This document shows positions 27,324 to 36,884 of a stretch of DNA of 64,000 nt, one piece after another. The stretch covers positions 10,896 to 74,895 of the forward strand of contig CAINUX010000022.1 of NCBI GenBank assembly GCA_903853895.1, given 5' to 3'. Both the position numbers and the translations under genes were made by a program. Under the pieces are notes generated by a model that was not told the origin of the DNA, made no database searches, and worked only from the letters and a program-made list of their open reading frames with translations. Numbering within the stretch: position 1 is the stretch's first letter; every line of letters begins with the position of its first letter. This DNA is from an uncultured beta proteobacterium. Lineage in GTDB: Bacteria; Pseudomonadota; Gammaproteobacteria; Burkholderiales; Burkholderiaceae_C.

Positions 27324-29195
27324 TCAATAGACCACAGATGGCGCCTTGACCGGCAACACCAGATCAAAACGGGTTCCACGGCCCACAACCGAGTGGACGG
27401 TGATGCTTCCGCCCAGCACCTTGCTGGTTATCCGATGCGAGATCGAGAGCCCCAGCCCCGACCCGCCGCGACCCAGCTTGGTGGTGAAAAATGGGTCAAA
27501 TATCTGACCAAGATCCTCGGTCGGTATCCCCACGCCATTGTCCTCAATCGACACGCGGACCACACTGTCGGATTGCCGAACCGCTGAAACACGAATAACG
27601 CCCGCCTGCATTCCGTCAAATGCGTGACTGACCGCGTTGGTGACCACATTCATCACCACCTGCCCCAAGGGTCCGGGAAAACTATCCATGGCCACCGCAT
27701 CGCAGAAGTCGACTTCCAGTTGCAACGGGCGCAGCTTGAGGCCGGGACGCAGGGTGTCCAGCACTTCATGCAGGGTCTGCGCAAGGTCGAAGGTGCGCCT
27801 GCGTTCGGAATCCTGGTCCACCGCCACCTGTTTGAAACTGGTGATGAGCGAGACCGACCGTTCAACGGACCGCAAGGTCAGGTCTGTGCCTTCTTTTACC
27901 CGGCGAATGAAGTTCTCAAACGCTGACTTCGTCAAATTTCCCTCGCCCAGACGCTGTTCCATCGTCTCAATGTCATGGGTTATGGTGCTGGCGGACACCA
28001 TGGCGTTACCCAGCGGCGTATTCAATTCGTGCGCCACACCCGCCACCAGGCTACCCAGAGATGCCAGCTTTTCGGAGTTGATCAGTTCGTCCTGCGTGTG
28101 CTTCAGGGTGTCCATGGTGGCCAACAATTCGCGGTTGGCCTGGTCGAGAGCTTGCGTGCGATCGGACACCCGCAATTCAAGGTCGGTGTTGAGCATTTTC
28201 AGTTCAGACTCCATGCGCTTGCGGTCTGTGACGTCGACCGACATGGTCAGCACACAATCTTCATCACCGTAGAAAAACCGCTCGGACGACAACATGAACA
28301 CGCGGGGTGTGCCATCGCGCATCAAAAAGGTCACTTCATAGCCACTGACGCGCCCGTCGGCGGAAAACGTGTCAATCCAGCCCTGGCGTTGCCGCAGGTC
28401 CTGCCAGAACCCCAGGTCAATGGACGTCTTTCCCACCACCTCCGACTTCGAAAACTGGAAAAAACGCTCCCAGGCCGGATTCACATCGACATACACGCCA
28501 CTGGCAAAGTTGGCCACCGTAATGGGCAGCGGACTGGCATTGAGCAGTTGCAGCACTTTTTGTTCGTTCGTCCGGGTCGCTGATTCCTGCCTGGCCAACT
28601 CGTCAACTTTTTGCTCCAAATGCAAATTGAGCGCCTTGATCTCGGCCATGCTGCTTTGGTGCACGTTAAACACCTGTCGCAAAACCAGATAACCGACGAC
28701 CCACACGCTGGTCATGGCCAGCCAGTAGCCACCGTCGGTCGCCACAGCAATGGGTGTCCACCACCCACTGCCGACAACAAAAACCAGCACGGTAATCCAG
28801 AAAATGGAAGCAAGCAGTAAAAACAGGGCCTGGCGCATGCCGAGCAGCCACCCCCCCATCAGCACCAAAATAACGCATCCGTGCAGGATAGGATTGAGAA
28901 TGCCGCCGCGATAGCCAGACTGCACCGCGATAGCAATCCAGATCGACCAGATGTAGACCGAAAAACCCAAGCGGTCGGAAAAACGTTTGCGCAGGACATT
29001 GCAAGCGGGGCCGCCACAGCCAATCAAGACAGGGGCGAACAAGCGGGACCACTCGCCGCCAATGACCAGGATGATCGCAATGTAGGCGGCGCAACTCCAG
29101 GTCGTGAGTTGAATGAGCCGGTCGAACAAGCGGTTCAACGACTGCGTCTGGAAGCTTTCACCGATGGGGGAGGCTTTGCGCATCGGTTGGTACAT
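27324..29195 (-). CDS. multi-TM PAS sensor histidine kinase
   Basis: About 6 N-terminal TM helices, a coiled coil, a PAS domain, H-box VAGVAHELNTPLGNA, and HATPase boxes ([24 protein letters not shown]). It converges on the CHASE kinase with 3 nt between the stops. Confidence 0.88.
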   Translation of the reverse strand: MYQPMRKASPIGESFQTQSLNRLFDRLIQLTTWSCAAYIAIILVIGGEWSRLFAPVLIGCGGPACNVLRKRFSDRLGFSVYIWSIWIAIAVQSGYRGGILNPILHGCVILVLMGGWLLGMRQALFLLLASIFWITVLVFVVGSGWWTPIAVATDGGYWLAMTSVWVVGYLVLRQVFNVHQSSMAEIKALNLHLEQKVDELARQESATRTNEQKVLQLLNASPLPITVANFASGVYVDVNPAWERFFQFSKSEVVGKTSIDLGFWQDLRQRQGWIDTFSADGRVSGYEVTFLMRDGTPRVFMLSSERFFYGDEDCVLTMSVDVTDRKRMESELKMLNTDLELRVSDRTQALDQANRELLATMDTLKHTQDELINSEKLASLGSLVAGVAHELNTPLGNAMVSASTITHDIETMEQRLGEGNLTKSAFENFIRRVKEGTDLTLRSVERSVSLITSFKQVAVDQDSERRRTFDLAQTLHEVLDTLRPGLKLRPLQLEVDFCDAVAMDSFPGPLGQVVMNVVTNAVSHAFDGMQAGVIRVSAVRQSDSVVRVSIEDNGVGIPTEDLGQIFDPFFTTKLGRGGSGLGLSISHRITSKVLGGSITVHSVVGRGTRFDLVLPVKAPSVVY

Positions 29196-29271
29196 GGTTG
29201 AACGTTTCCTTCAAACCATCTTAGCTTCCCGATGTGAACTAAGCCAAGCACCGCAGCTGTGCGCCCCAATC

Positions 29272-29321
29272 TGCTATTCTAAAGATAGCATTAACGCCTT
29301 ATTCTTCGGGGGCCGAAAGCC
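29272..29321 (+). repeat. dispersed ~50-nt intergenic repeat, copy C
   Basis: Sequence is tgctattctaaagatagcattaacgccttattcttcgggggccgaaagcc. It lies between the kinase start and the acyl-CoA dehydrogenase stop. Confidence 0.7.
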
Positions 29322-30484
29322 TATTTCCCACCCAATCCCATGCTGCGGGTGATGACTTCCTTCATGATCTCATTGGTGCCGCCGTAGATGCGTGCAACCC
29401 GCGCATCCGCAAAGCCACGGGTGATGGGGTATTCCCACATATAGCCGTAGCCGCCGAACAGCTGCACGCACTCATCCATCACCTTGCACTGCAAGTCGGT
29501 GGTCCAGTACTTGGCCATGCTGGCGGTCGCGGTGTCAAGCTGGTCTTTGCAGATCAGCTCGCAGCACTTGTCGACAAACACCTGGGCCACCTGCACCTCA
29601 GTCTGCAGTTCGGCCAGCGTGAAGCGGGTGTTCTGGAATGCGGCCACGGGTTGGCCGAATACCTTGCGCTCCTTCACGTAGTCCACCGTCCAGTTGATGG
29701 CAGCCTGGGCACCGGCCACGGCGCTCACCGCAATCTGCAGGCGCTCCCACGGCAGCTGCTCCATCAGGCAAATGAAGCCCCGGTTCTCATGCGCCTTGCC
29801 TCCCAGCAGGTTCTCAGCCGGGATGCGCACGTTGTCAAAGAAAAGCTCGGATGTGTCCTGCGCCCTCAGGCCCAGCTTCTTCAAACGCTTGCCCACGCTA
29901 AAGCCGGGCATGCCGCGCTCCACCAACACCAGACTGGTCCCCTTGCCGCCAGCGGCCGGGTTGGTCTTGGCCACGACGATCACCAGGTCGGCATGCCAGC
30001 CATTGGTGATGAAGGTCTTGCTGCCATTGAGCAGGTAGCTGCCATCCGCTTGTTCGATGCAAGTGGACTTGATGCCCTGCAGGTCCGAGCCCGCAGCCGG
30101 CTCGCTCATGGCGATGGCACCAATCATTTCACCGGTAGCCAGTTTGGGCAGGTACTTGGCCTTTTGCTCGGGCGTGCCGTAGTGCAGGATGTAGGGCGCC
30201 ACGATTTCGCTGTGCAGGCTGTAGCCGATGCCACTCACCCCCGCGCGTGCCAGCTCTTCAAACTGGATGACGGAGAACAGCTTGTCGGCGTCCGAGCCGC
30301 CGTATTCCTCGGGCATGCTCATGCAGAGAAAGCCGTTGTCGCCGGCCTTGTTCCAGACATCGCGGGCCACATAGCCCTGCTCTTCCCATTCGGCGTGAAA
30401 GGGGGAAATTTCCTTTTCAATGAATTTGCGAAAGCTGTCGCGGAAGGATTCGTGGTCGGTGTTAAAGAGGGTTCTTTCGATCAT
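29321..30484 (-). CDS. acyl-CoA dehydrogenase
   Basis: 387 aa from ATG 30484 (MIERTLFNTDHESFRDSFRKFIEKEI). The ACAD N, middle and C domains are present, with C-terminal ARIYGGTNEIMKEVI. Confidence 0.92.
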   Translation of the reverse strand: MIERTLFNTDHESFRDSFRKFIEKEISPFHAEWEEQGYVARDVWNKAGDNGFLCMSMPEEYGGSDADKLFSVIQFEELARAGVSGIGYSLHSEIVAPYILHYGTPEQKAKYLPKLATGEMIGAIAMSEPAAGSDLQGIKSTCIEQADGSYLLNGSKTFITNGWHADLVIVVAKTNPAAGGKGTSLVLVERGMPGFSVGKRLKKLGLRAQDTSELFFDNVRIPAENLLGGKAHENRGFICLMEQLPWERLQIAVSAVAGAQAAINWTVDYVKERKVFGQPVAAFQNTRFTLAELQTEVQVAQVFVDKCCELICKDQLDTATASMAKYWTTDLQCKVMDECVQLFGGYGYMWEYPITRGFADARVARIYGGTNEIMKEVITRSMGLGGK

Positions 30485-30514
30485 GGCGGGCACCTGCGGT
30501 GTGAGTGAGAAGTG

Positions 30515-30552
30515 ATTTATACAAAGCAATTGCTTGGTAAAAAGCAATATAC
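30515..30552 (+). repeat. 38-bp direct repeat, left copy (contains palindrome AAGCAATTGCTT)
   Basis: Sequence is atttatacaaagcaattgcttggtaaaaagcaatatac. It is identical base for base to 31224-31261. It lies 31 nt upstream of the acyl-CoA dehydrogenase ATG. Confidence 0.95.
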
Positions 30553-30564
30553 CGCATTCTGCAC

Positions 30565-30864
30565 TTAGGAGCACCGTTTGTAATCGCGCTCACGTTGACT
30601 GCGCACCGCCAGAACGAATACCGTGTCCTGTGCAGGGTCGAAGCGGTACAAGGCCAAATAGCCGCTCGCACCGTGGGAAACAATCAATTCGCGCTGCCCC
30701 ATGGCCGCCGGGCGTCCAATCAGCGGGCTCGTGGCAAGAACATCAATCGCATCTATGATGGCCTCGATATGCAGTGCCGCATTGGCTGGCACGTGGTCAA
30801 AGAGAAAATCGAAAATTCGATCAAAATCTTCCCGCAAGCGGGCAGAAAGTATTATCAGACTCAT
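30565..30864 (-). CDS. type II toxin, ParE/RelE family
   Basis: 99 aa from ATG 30864 (MSLIILSARLREDFDRIFDFLFDH...YLALYRFDPAQDTVFVLAVRSQRE). This matches the ParE-like pattern. There is an ATGA overlap with the upstream antitoxin. Confidence 0.8.
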   Translation of the reverse strand: MSLIILSARLREDFDRIFDFLFDHVPANAALHIEAIIDAIDVLATSPLIGRPAAMGQRELIVSHGASGYLALYRFDPAQDTVFVLAVRSQRERDYKRCS

Positions 30865-31136
30865 GCGCGCTTTGCTTTGGTCTTGCCCTTGGCATCGCTC
30901 AGCCGATGTCGCAAGTAAGTCTTCATTTCGTGCCATTCCACGCCTGGCTCACCCGCCTGCAAAGCCAGGTCCCGCTGTTGGGCGATACCCTGAACGCCCA
31001 AGCGCCATTCGGCTTCGTCCGCCTTTTGTGCCAACGCCTCGACCATGAAACTGTGTGGCGTTTGACTCAGTGCTTGGGCCAGTCGGGAAATCCTGTCGCG
31101 CAGGGATTCGTCGATACGTAAGGTGGTTGTGGACAT
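30861..31136 (-). CDS. type II antitoxin, ribbon-helix-helix (CopG/ParD-like)
   Basis: 91 aa from ATG 31136. MSTTTLRIDESLRDRISRLAQAL is an RHH beta-strand plus helix signature. It is translationally coupled to the toxin. Confidence 0.75.
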   Translation of the reverse strand: MSTTTLRIDESLRDRISRLAQALSQTPHSFMVEALAQKADEAEWRLGVQGIAQQRDLALQAGEPGVEWHEMKTYLRHRLSDAKGKTKAKRA

Positions 31137-31153
31137 GGGGTTTACTCCGATAA

Positions 31154-31171
31154 GTGACACAAGTGTGCCAC
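31154..31171. promoter_or_regulatory. imperfect palindrome GTGACACAAGTGTGCCAC upstream of the antitoxin (candidate autoregulatory operator)
   Basis: 7 of 9 positions pair. It begins 18 nt upstream of the antitoxin ATG, where RHH antitoxins normally autoregulate. Confidence 0.35.
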
Positions 31172-31223
31172 AACCGACCAGAATCCGGAAAGCCCCTGCA
31201 CCGATGTGGCAACGGAGCCTGAT

Positions 31224-31261
31224 ATTTATACAAAGCAATTGCTTGGTAAAAAGCAATATAC
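31224..31261 (+). repeat. 38-bp direct repeat, right copy
   Basis: Identical to 30515-30552. It lies 57 nt upstream of the fadA ATG. Confidence 0.95.
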
Positions 31262-31318
31262 TCCAAAACTGACCTCTCATTTCCACCAGTTTTCACCCAT
31301 CCCTCTGGAGCGCTACCC

Positions 31319-32524
<1,206 letters not shown>

Positions 32525-32532
32525 GCCGAATC

Positions 32533-32582
32533 GGCCGCTAGCCCTCGTATTCATTGCGTAACTCGCTCATAAAAACATAGCA
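32533..32582 (-). repeat. dispersed ~50-nt intergenic repeat, copy D (reverse orientation)
   Basis: The reverse complement reads tgctatgtttttatgagcgagttacgcaatgaatacgagggctagcggcc. It fills almost the whole fadA-fadB spacer and ends 2 nt before the fadB ATG. Confidence 0.7.
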
Positions 32583-32584
32583 TC

Positions 32585-34744
32585 ATGAAAACCATCCAAT
32601 ACTCCCTGGTTGACGGCATTGCCACCATCACCTTTGACGAACCCAACTCCCCCGTCAACACCATGTGCCTGCAGTGGCAGGACGACATGGCCGAAGTCGC
32701 GGCGCAGGTCGCCCAGGACAAGGACGCCATCCAAGGCATCCTGCTGGCCTCCGCCAAGAGCACCTTCTTTGCCGGCGCCGACCTCAAGGCCACCATGCGC
32801 ATCACGCCTGCGGACGCGCAAAAGGTCTACACCGAAATCGAACGCCTGAAAAAGAACATGCGCTTTCTGGAAACCCTGGGCAAGCCCGTGGTCAGCCTGC
32901 TCAACGGCACGGCGTTGGGTGGCGGTTGGGAGGTGGCCCTGATCGGCCACCACCGCATTGCCATCGACTCGCCCAAGACCCAGTTCGGCTTGCCCGAGGT
33001 GACGCTCGGTCTGTTGCCCGGCGCCAGCGGCGTGACCAAGATGACACGCCACCTGGGCCTGATGGGCGCACAGCCCTATCTGGTGGAAGGCAAGACCTTC
33101 TCGCCGTCGGATGCCAAGGGCATGGGGCTGGTGCACGACCTGGTGGCGCCTGGCGACAACGCAGCAGCCGAGATGCGTGCCAAGGCCCTGGCCTGGATCG
33201 CCGCCAACCCGACCGCCCAACACCCGTGGGAAGCCAAGGGCTACAAGGTGCCGGGCGGCCTGCCCTCCTCCCCCGCCGTCGCGCAAATGCTGGTCGTGGC
33301 CCCGGCCATGATCAAGAAGCAGACGCGTGGCCTGTACCCCGCACCCGAAGCCATCATGGCCTGCATGGTCGAAGGCCTGCAGGTGGACATCGAAACGGCG
33401 CTGCGCCTGGAAAGCCGGGCGCTGGCCAAGCTCATGACCGGGACGAACGCCAAGGCGATGATCAACACCTTCTTCTTCAACCTCAACGCCATCAAGAGCG
33501 GCCAGAGCCGCCCCAAGGATGTGCCACGCTTCAAGCCCTCCAAGGTCGGCCTGCTGGGCGCGGGCATGATGGGCGCGGGCATTGCCTATTCGCAAGCCAG
33601 CAAGGGCATTGCCACGGTGCTGAAAGACGTGAGCCAGGAGAAGGCCGACCTGGGCAAGAGCTACACCGCCAAGATCACCCAGGGACGGGTGGACAAGGGC
33701 CGCATGACGGCGGACAAGCAGGTCGAAATCCTGGCGCGCATCCAGCCCACCGCCAAGGTTGAAGACCTGCAAGGCTGCGACCTGATCATCGAGGCCGTGT
33801 TCGAGAACCGCGAACTCAAGGCCCGGGTGACCAAGGAGTCCGAGCCCATGTTGGCCCCGGGCGGCTTCTTTGCCTCCAACACCTCCACGCTGCCGATCAG
33901 CGGCTTGGCCACAGCCAGCGCCGCGCCCGAGAAATTCATCGGCATCCACTTCTTCAGCCCGGTGGACAAGATGCAGCTGGTGGAAATCATCCGCGGCAAA
34001 CAGACCAATGACGAGACGGTGGCCCGCGCCTATGACTATGTGCAGGCCATCGGCAAGATGCCCATCGTCGTCAATGATTCACGCGGCTTCTTCACCAGCC
34101 GGGTGTTTGGCACCTTTGTGATGGAAGGCATTGCCATGCTGGGCGAAGGCATTCCCGCCGCAGCCATTGAGAACGCCGGCATCCAGTGCGGCATGCCAGT
34201 GGGACCGCTGGCGGTGATCGACGAAACGTCACTTTCGCTTAGCGTGCATGTCATGGACCAGACCCAGGCCGACTATGCCGCTGAGGGCAAGACCTACACG
34301 CCGTCCCACGGCGAGGCCATTGCGCGGCGCATGGTGACCGAGCTGGGCCGCGCCGGTCGCGCCGCCGGCGGCGGCTTCTACGAGTACCCGGCCGAGAAAG
34401 GCGCCAAGAAGTTCCTGTGGCCGCAGCTCAAACCGCTGTTCGAGAAGGCCGATGCCCAGTGGACCATCACCGACCTGAAGGACCGCCTGCTGTTCCGCCA
34501 GGCCGTGGAGACTGCGCGGTGCTTGAGCGAAAACGTTTTGACCACGGTGCACGATGCCAACATCGGCTCCATCTTTGGCATCGGCTTCCCTGCCTGGACC
34601 GGTGGCGCCATGCAGTTCATCTATGGCATGGGGGTTGATGCGTTCGAAGCGCGGGCCGCGGAACTTGCGCAGAAGTTCGGCAGTGGCTTCGCGCTGACTG
34701 ATGCGGTGATGGCGGCGGTTCGCAAATACCAGCCAGTCTACTGA
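32585..34744 (+). CDS. fadB: multifunctional enoyl-CoA hydratase / 3-hydroxyacyl-CoA dehydrogenase
   Basis: N-terminal crotonase fold (FFAGADL, ALGGGWEVAL) followed by the NAD Rossmann motif VGLLGAGMMGAGIA and 3HCDH C-terminal domains. 719 aa. Confidence 0.93.
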   Translation: MKTIQYSLVDGIATITFDEPNSPVNTMCLQWQDDMAEVAAQVAQDKDAIQGILLASAKSTFFAGADLKATMRITPADAQKVYTEIERLKKNMRFLETLGKPVVSLLNGTALGGGWEVALIGHHRIAIDSPKTQFGLPEVTLGLLPGASGVTKMTRHLGLMGAQPYLVEGKTFSPSDAKGMGLVHDLVAPGDNAAAEMRAKALAWIAANPTAQHPWEAKGYKVPGGLPSSPAVAQMLVVAPAMIKKQTRGLYPAPEAIMACMVEGLQVDIETALRLESRALAKLMTGTNAKAMINTFFFNLNAIKSGQSRPKDVPRFKPSKVGLLGAGMMGAGIAYSQASKGIATVLKDVSQEKADLGKSYTAKITQGRVDKGRMTADKQVEILARIQPTAKVEDLQGCDLIIEAVFENRELKARVTKESEPMLAPGGFFASNTSTLPISGLATASAAPEKFIGIHFFSPVDKMQLVEIIRGKQTNDETVARAYDYVQAIGKMPIVVNDSRGFFTSRVFGTFVMEGIAMLGEGIPAAAIENAGIQCGMPVGPLAVIDETSLSLSVHVMDQTQADYAAEGKTYTPSHGEAIARRMVTELGRAGRAAGGGFYEYPAEKGAKKFLWPQLKPLFEKADAQWTITDLKDRLLFRQAVETARCLSENVLTTVHDANIGSIFGIGFPAWTGGAMQFIYGMGVDAFEARAAELAQKFGSGFALTDAVMAAVRKYQPVY

Positions 34745-34788
34745 CAAGAACGCGGGGTCTGGGGACTCGGGGCTAGGGCAAACACCAA

Positions 34789-34804
34789 CATACAGTAATG
34801 TATG
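34789..34804. promoter_or_regulatory. inverted repeat CATACAGTAATGTATG upstream of the outer-membrane protein gene
   Basis: Perfect 6-bp arms with a 4-nt spacer, 38 nt upstream of ATG 34842. Its function is unknown. Confidence 0.3.
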
Positions 34805-34841
34805 GAAGACCTAGACTAGAACTTCAATTGGAGACACCTTC

Positions 34842-36005
34842 ATGAAAATCCCAGCCTCGCGCCACACCCTCGTTAAAGTCACCTCTTGCGTGGCCCTGCT
34901 TGCTACGGCAACGGGAGCCTGCGCCAGTGAAGGATACAAGTCGCGGCAGTCACCCATTGGCGCCTTTGGCGGAGAAATAGCCGCCGCAGCGGACAACCCC
35001 GGCTTCTTTGGTACCGCGATCACCACGTACGTCCACATCTACAAAATTGCCGACGACAGTGGAAATGACGTAGGCGTCGCGGCACGCACTGTGCCACTGC
35101 CAACCAATTCCAAGGCGGGGCTGCCGATTGCCGACGGCACTTACAAGCTCAACGTGGCTGCGGGCAGCATCAAATTTGATCAGGCGCAGACGCAAATCAA
35201 CCTGATTGGCGGGTACATGACAGAAGACACCTATGCAGGTGGCCGACTGGCGTTTGCGGCCAACGTACCGTTGATATCCATCAACCGCACATTCTTTGCA
35301 TCACAACCCGCCGGTACCGTATCACCGGCGCCGGGAGCCGCGCTGCCACCGCAGGTAATCGGAGCCATTACCACCATCGCGAATACAACGAACTACACCG
35401 TTCAGTCCGCCTTGATTGCGCGCAATACGAGCGAGAACCTCAACGTAACTGGCATGGGGGACACGGAGTTGACGGCGGTATGGGTGCGCCACACCAACCG
35501 CCTGAAAGTTGCAGCCGGTGTCTCGCTGTTTGTACCCACCGGGGCATATGACAAGACGCGCGGTCCCAATCCGGGCTTTGGTAACTTCTATACGCTGCGG
35601 CCCGGTGTTGCGCTGACGTATTCGCTCAACCCCAACCACACCGATACCAACTGGGATTCCGGTGTGACCGTGGCCGGACGCCTGTCCTACGGCATCAACT
35701 CGTCAAACCTGGAGACAGACTACCGCAGCGGCGACTTTGTCTACACAGAGGCAGCACTTGCCAAGGTGACCGGCAACTGGGCTTTCGGGGCAAACCTGTT
35801 GGCCATTCAGCAGATCACGGACGATTCAGGGGCAGGCGCAAGCTCCGGTGGCAACCGGTACAAGAACTATGGCTTTGGTCCCTTCCTGTCGTACAAGCTC
35901 CCGGGCAAGGATGCAGGATTCAATCTGCATTTCAGCCGCAACTTTGGCAGCCAGAACGCCCTGGTTTCCGAATCTTTGCAGTTGCGGATTATCAAGGCCT
36001 GGTAG
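34842..36005 (+). CDS. outer-membrane beta-barrel channel (MetA-pathway/phenol-degradation-like transporter family)
   Basis: GGAGA RBS and a signal peptide ending ATGACA-SE. The sequence shows an alternating beta-strand pattern and a C-terminal aromatic residue (LQLRIIKAW). Family assignment is by resemblance only. Confidence 0.7.
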   Translation: MKIPASRHTLVKVTSCVALLATATGACASEGYKSRQSPIGAFGGEIAAAADNPGFFGTAITTYVHIYKIADDSGNDVGVAARTVPLPTNSKAGLPIADGTYKLNVAAGSIKFDQAQTQINLIGGYMTEDTYAGGRLAFAANVPLISINRTFFASQPAGTVSPAPGAALPPQVIGAITTIANTTNYTVQSALIARNTSENLNVTGMGDTELTAVWVRHTNRLKVAAGVSLFVPTGAYDKTRGPNPGFGNFYTLRPGVALTYSLNPNHTDTNWDSGVTVAGRLSYGINSSNLETDYRSGDFVYTEAALAKVTGNWAFGANLLAIQQITDDSGAGASSGGNRYKNYGFGPFLSYKLPGKDAGFNLHFSRNFGSQNALVSESLQLRIIKAW

Positions 36006-36669
36006 CCGCAAGTCCATGCACCAGATGCTTGGCAATGATCGACTTCAAGTAGTTCGAAACCTTGACACTGGCGGAGGGACGGTTGAGCGCCTCATGGCTT
36101 CCCACCACGGCAAGGTAGAACAACGCGGATAGCTCCCGCGCCGTGGCGTCATCGTGCACCAACTGCAAATAGTGGCTGTAAACCAGTTGCAGGCGCGCGC
36201 GATCCACGCTTTCCAGCAAGGCAGCCACGGTGCTGTCTTTGCTCGCCAAACTGCGCAGCGCCTGCTCAAATCGATCATGGTCGCGGTCTTTGACCGAATG
36301 GGCAATGGCTCCGTCGAGTATTTGCAGGATGCTGGCGGCCGGGTTGCACTGACCGTTTGGAAGTCCCACCTGATCATTCGCAACGGTACGCTGATACCAG
36401 CGATCAATCAGAGCGCTGACAAGTTCGGCATGGTCTGCAAAGTGCCAATAGAAGCTGCCACGGGTAACTCCCAGCGACTGGGCCAGCGTCAAGACACGGA
36501 CCGCGCCGAATCCGCCGTCAATGGCCGCCCGAAAAGCAGCATCGAGCCAGTCATCACGCGTCAATCGCGCACCGGTTGGTGCGGGAATAGTCTGAGCCTC
36601 GGCGCCCGCAAGGGCATGCGGTGGGGACAGGTGTTTGCGGGAGGCCATGGCCTGAATTTTACGATGCAT
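35992..36669 (-). CDS. TetR family transcriptional regulator
   Basis: HTH LTLAQSLGVTRGSFYWHFADHAEL. Its 3' end overlaps the OMP gene by 14 nt in convergent orientation. It is divergent from the sulfatase operon. Confidence 0.85.
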   Translation of the reverse strand: MHRKIQAMASRKHLSPPHALAGAEAQTIPAPTGARLTRDDWLDAAFRAAIDGGFGAVRVLTLAQSLGVTRGSFYWHFADHAELVSALIDRWYQRTVANDQVGLPNGQCNPAASILQILDGAIAHSVKDRDHDRFEQALRSLASKDSTVAALLESVDRARLQLVYSHYLQLVHDDATARELSALFYLAVVGSHEALNRPSASVKVSNYLKSIIAKHLVHGLAATRP

Positions 36670-36728
36670 CCGAGGGCCTCTGTGCCAGAAGTGAATCTGA
36701 ACGCACCAAGTTCAATTGGTCGAGTCAA

Positions 36729-36756
36729 GCTAGGTAGTGACCCTATGGCACCTAGC
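36729..36756. promoter_or_regulatory. inverted repeat GCTAGGT-N14-ACCTAGC in the TetR/sulfatase divergent region
   Basis: Perfect 7-bp arms. It is positioned between the two divergent starts, making it a candidate TetR operator. Confidence 0.35.
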
Positions 36757-36884
36757 CTACCGCATTGAATTTAATACCTATTTATCAGCTTTTGGGGCAA
36801 GAACAGCCGCACCCGCGAATCTGAAACATAAACGTGAACATCTTTCATAAACTTGCTGTTCAATTTGGAATCCACAGAACACCC

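Noticed and set aside
36661-36833. Partial resemblance of CCGAGGGCC (36670) and TTTTGGGGCAAGAACAGCC (36790-36810) to the 3' block of the repeat family
   Set aside because: The 5' TGCTA and AGC blocks are absent at the right spacing. The similarity is limited to a G-rich core and could be chance.
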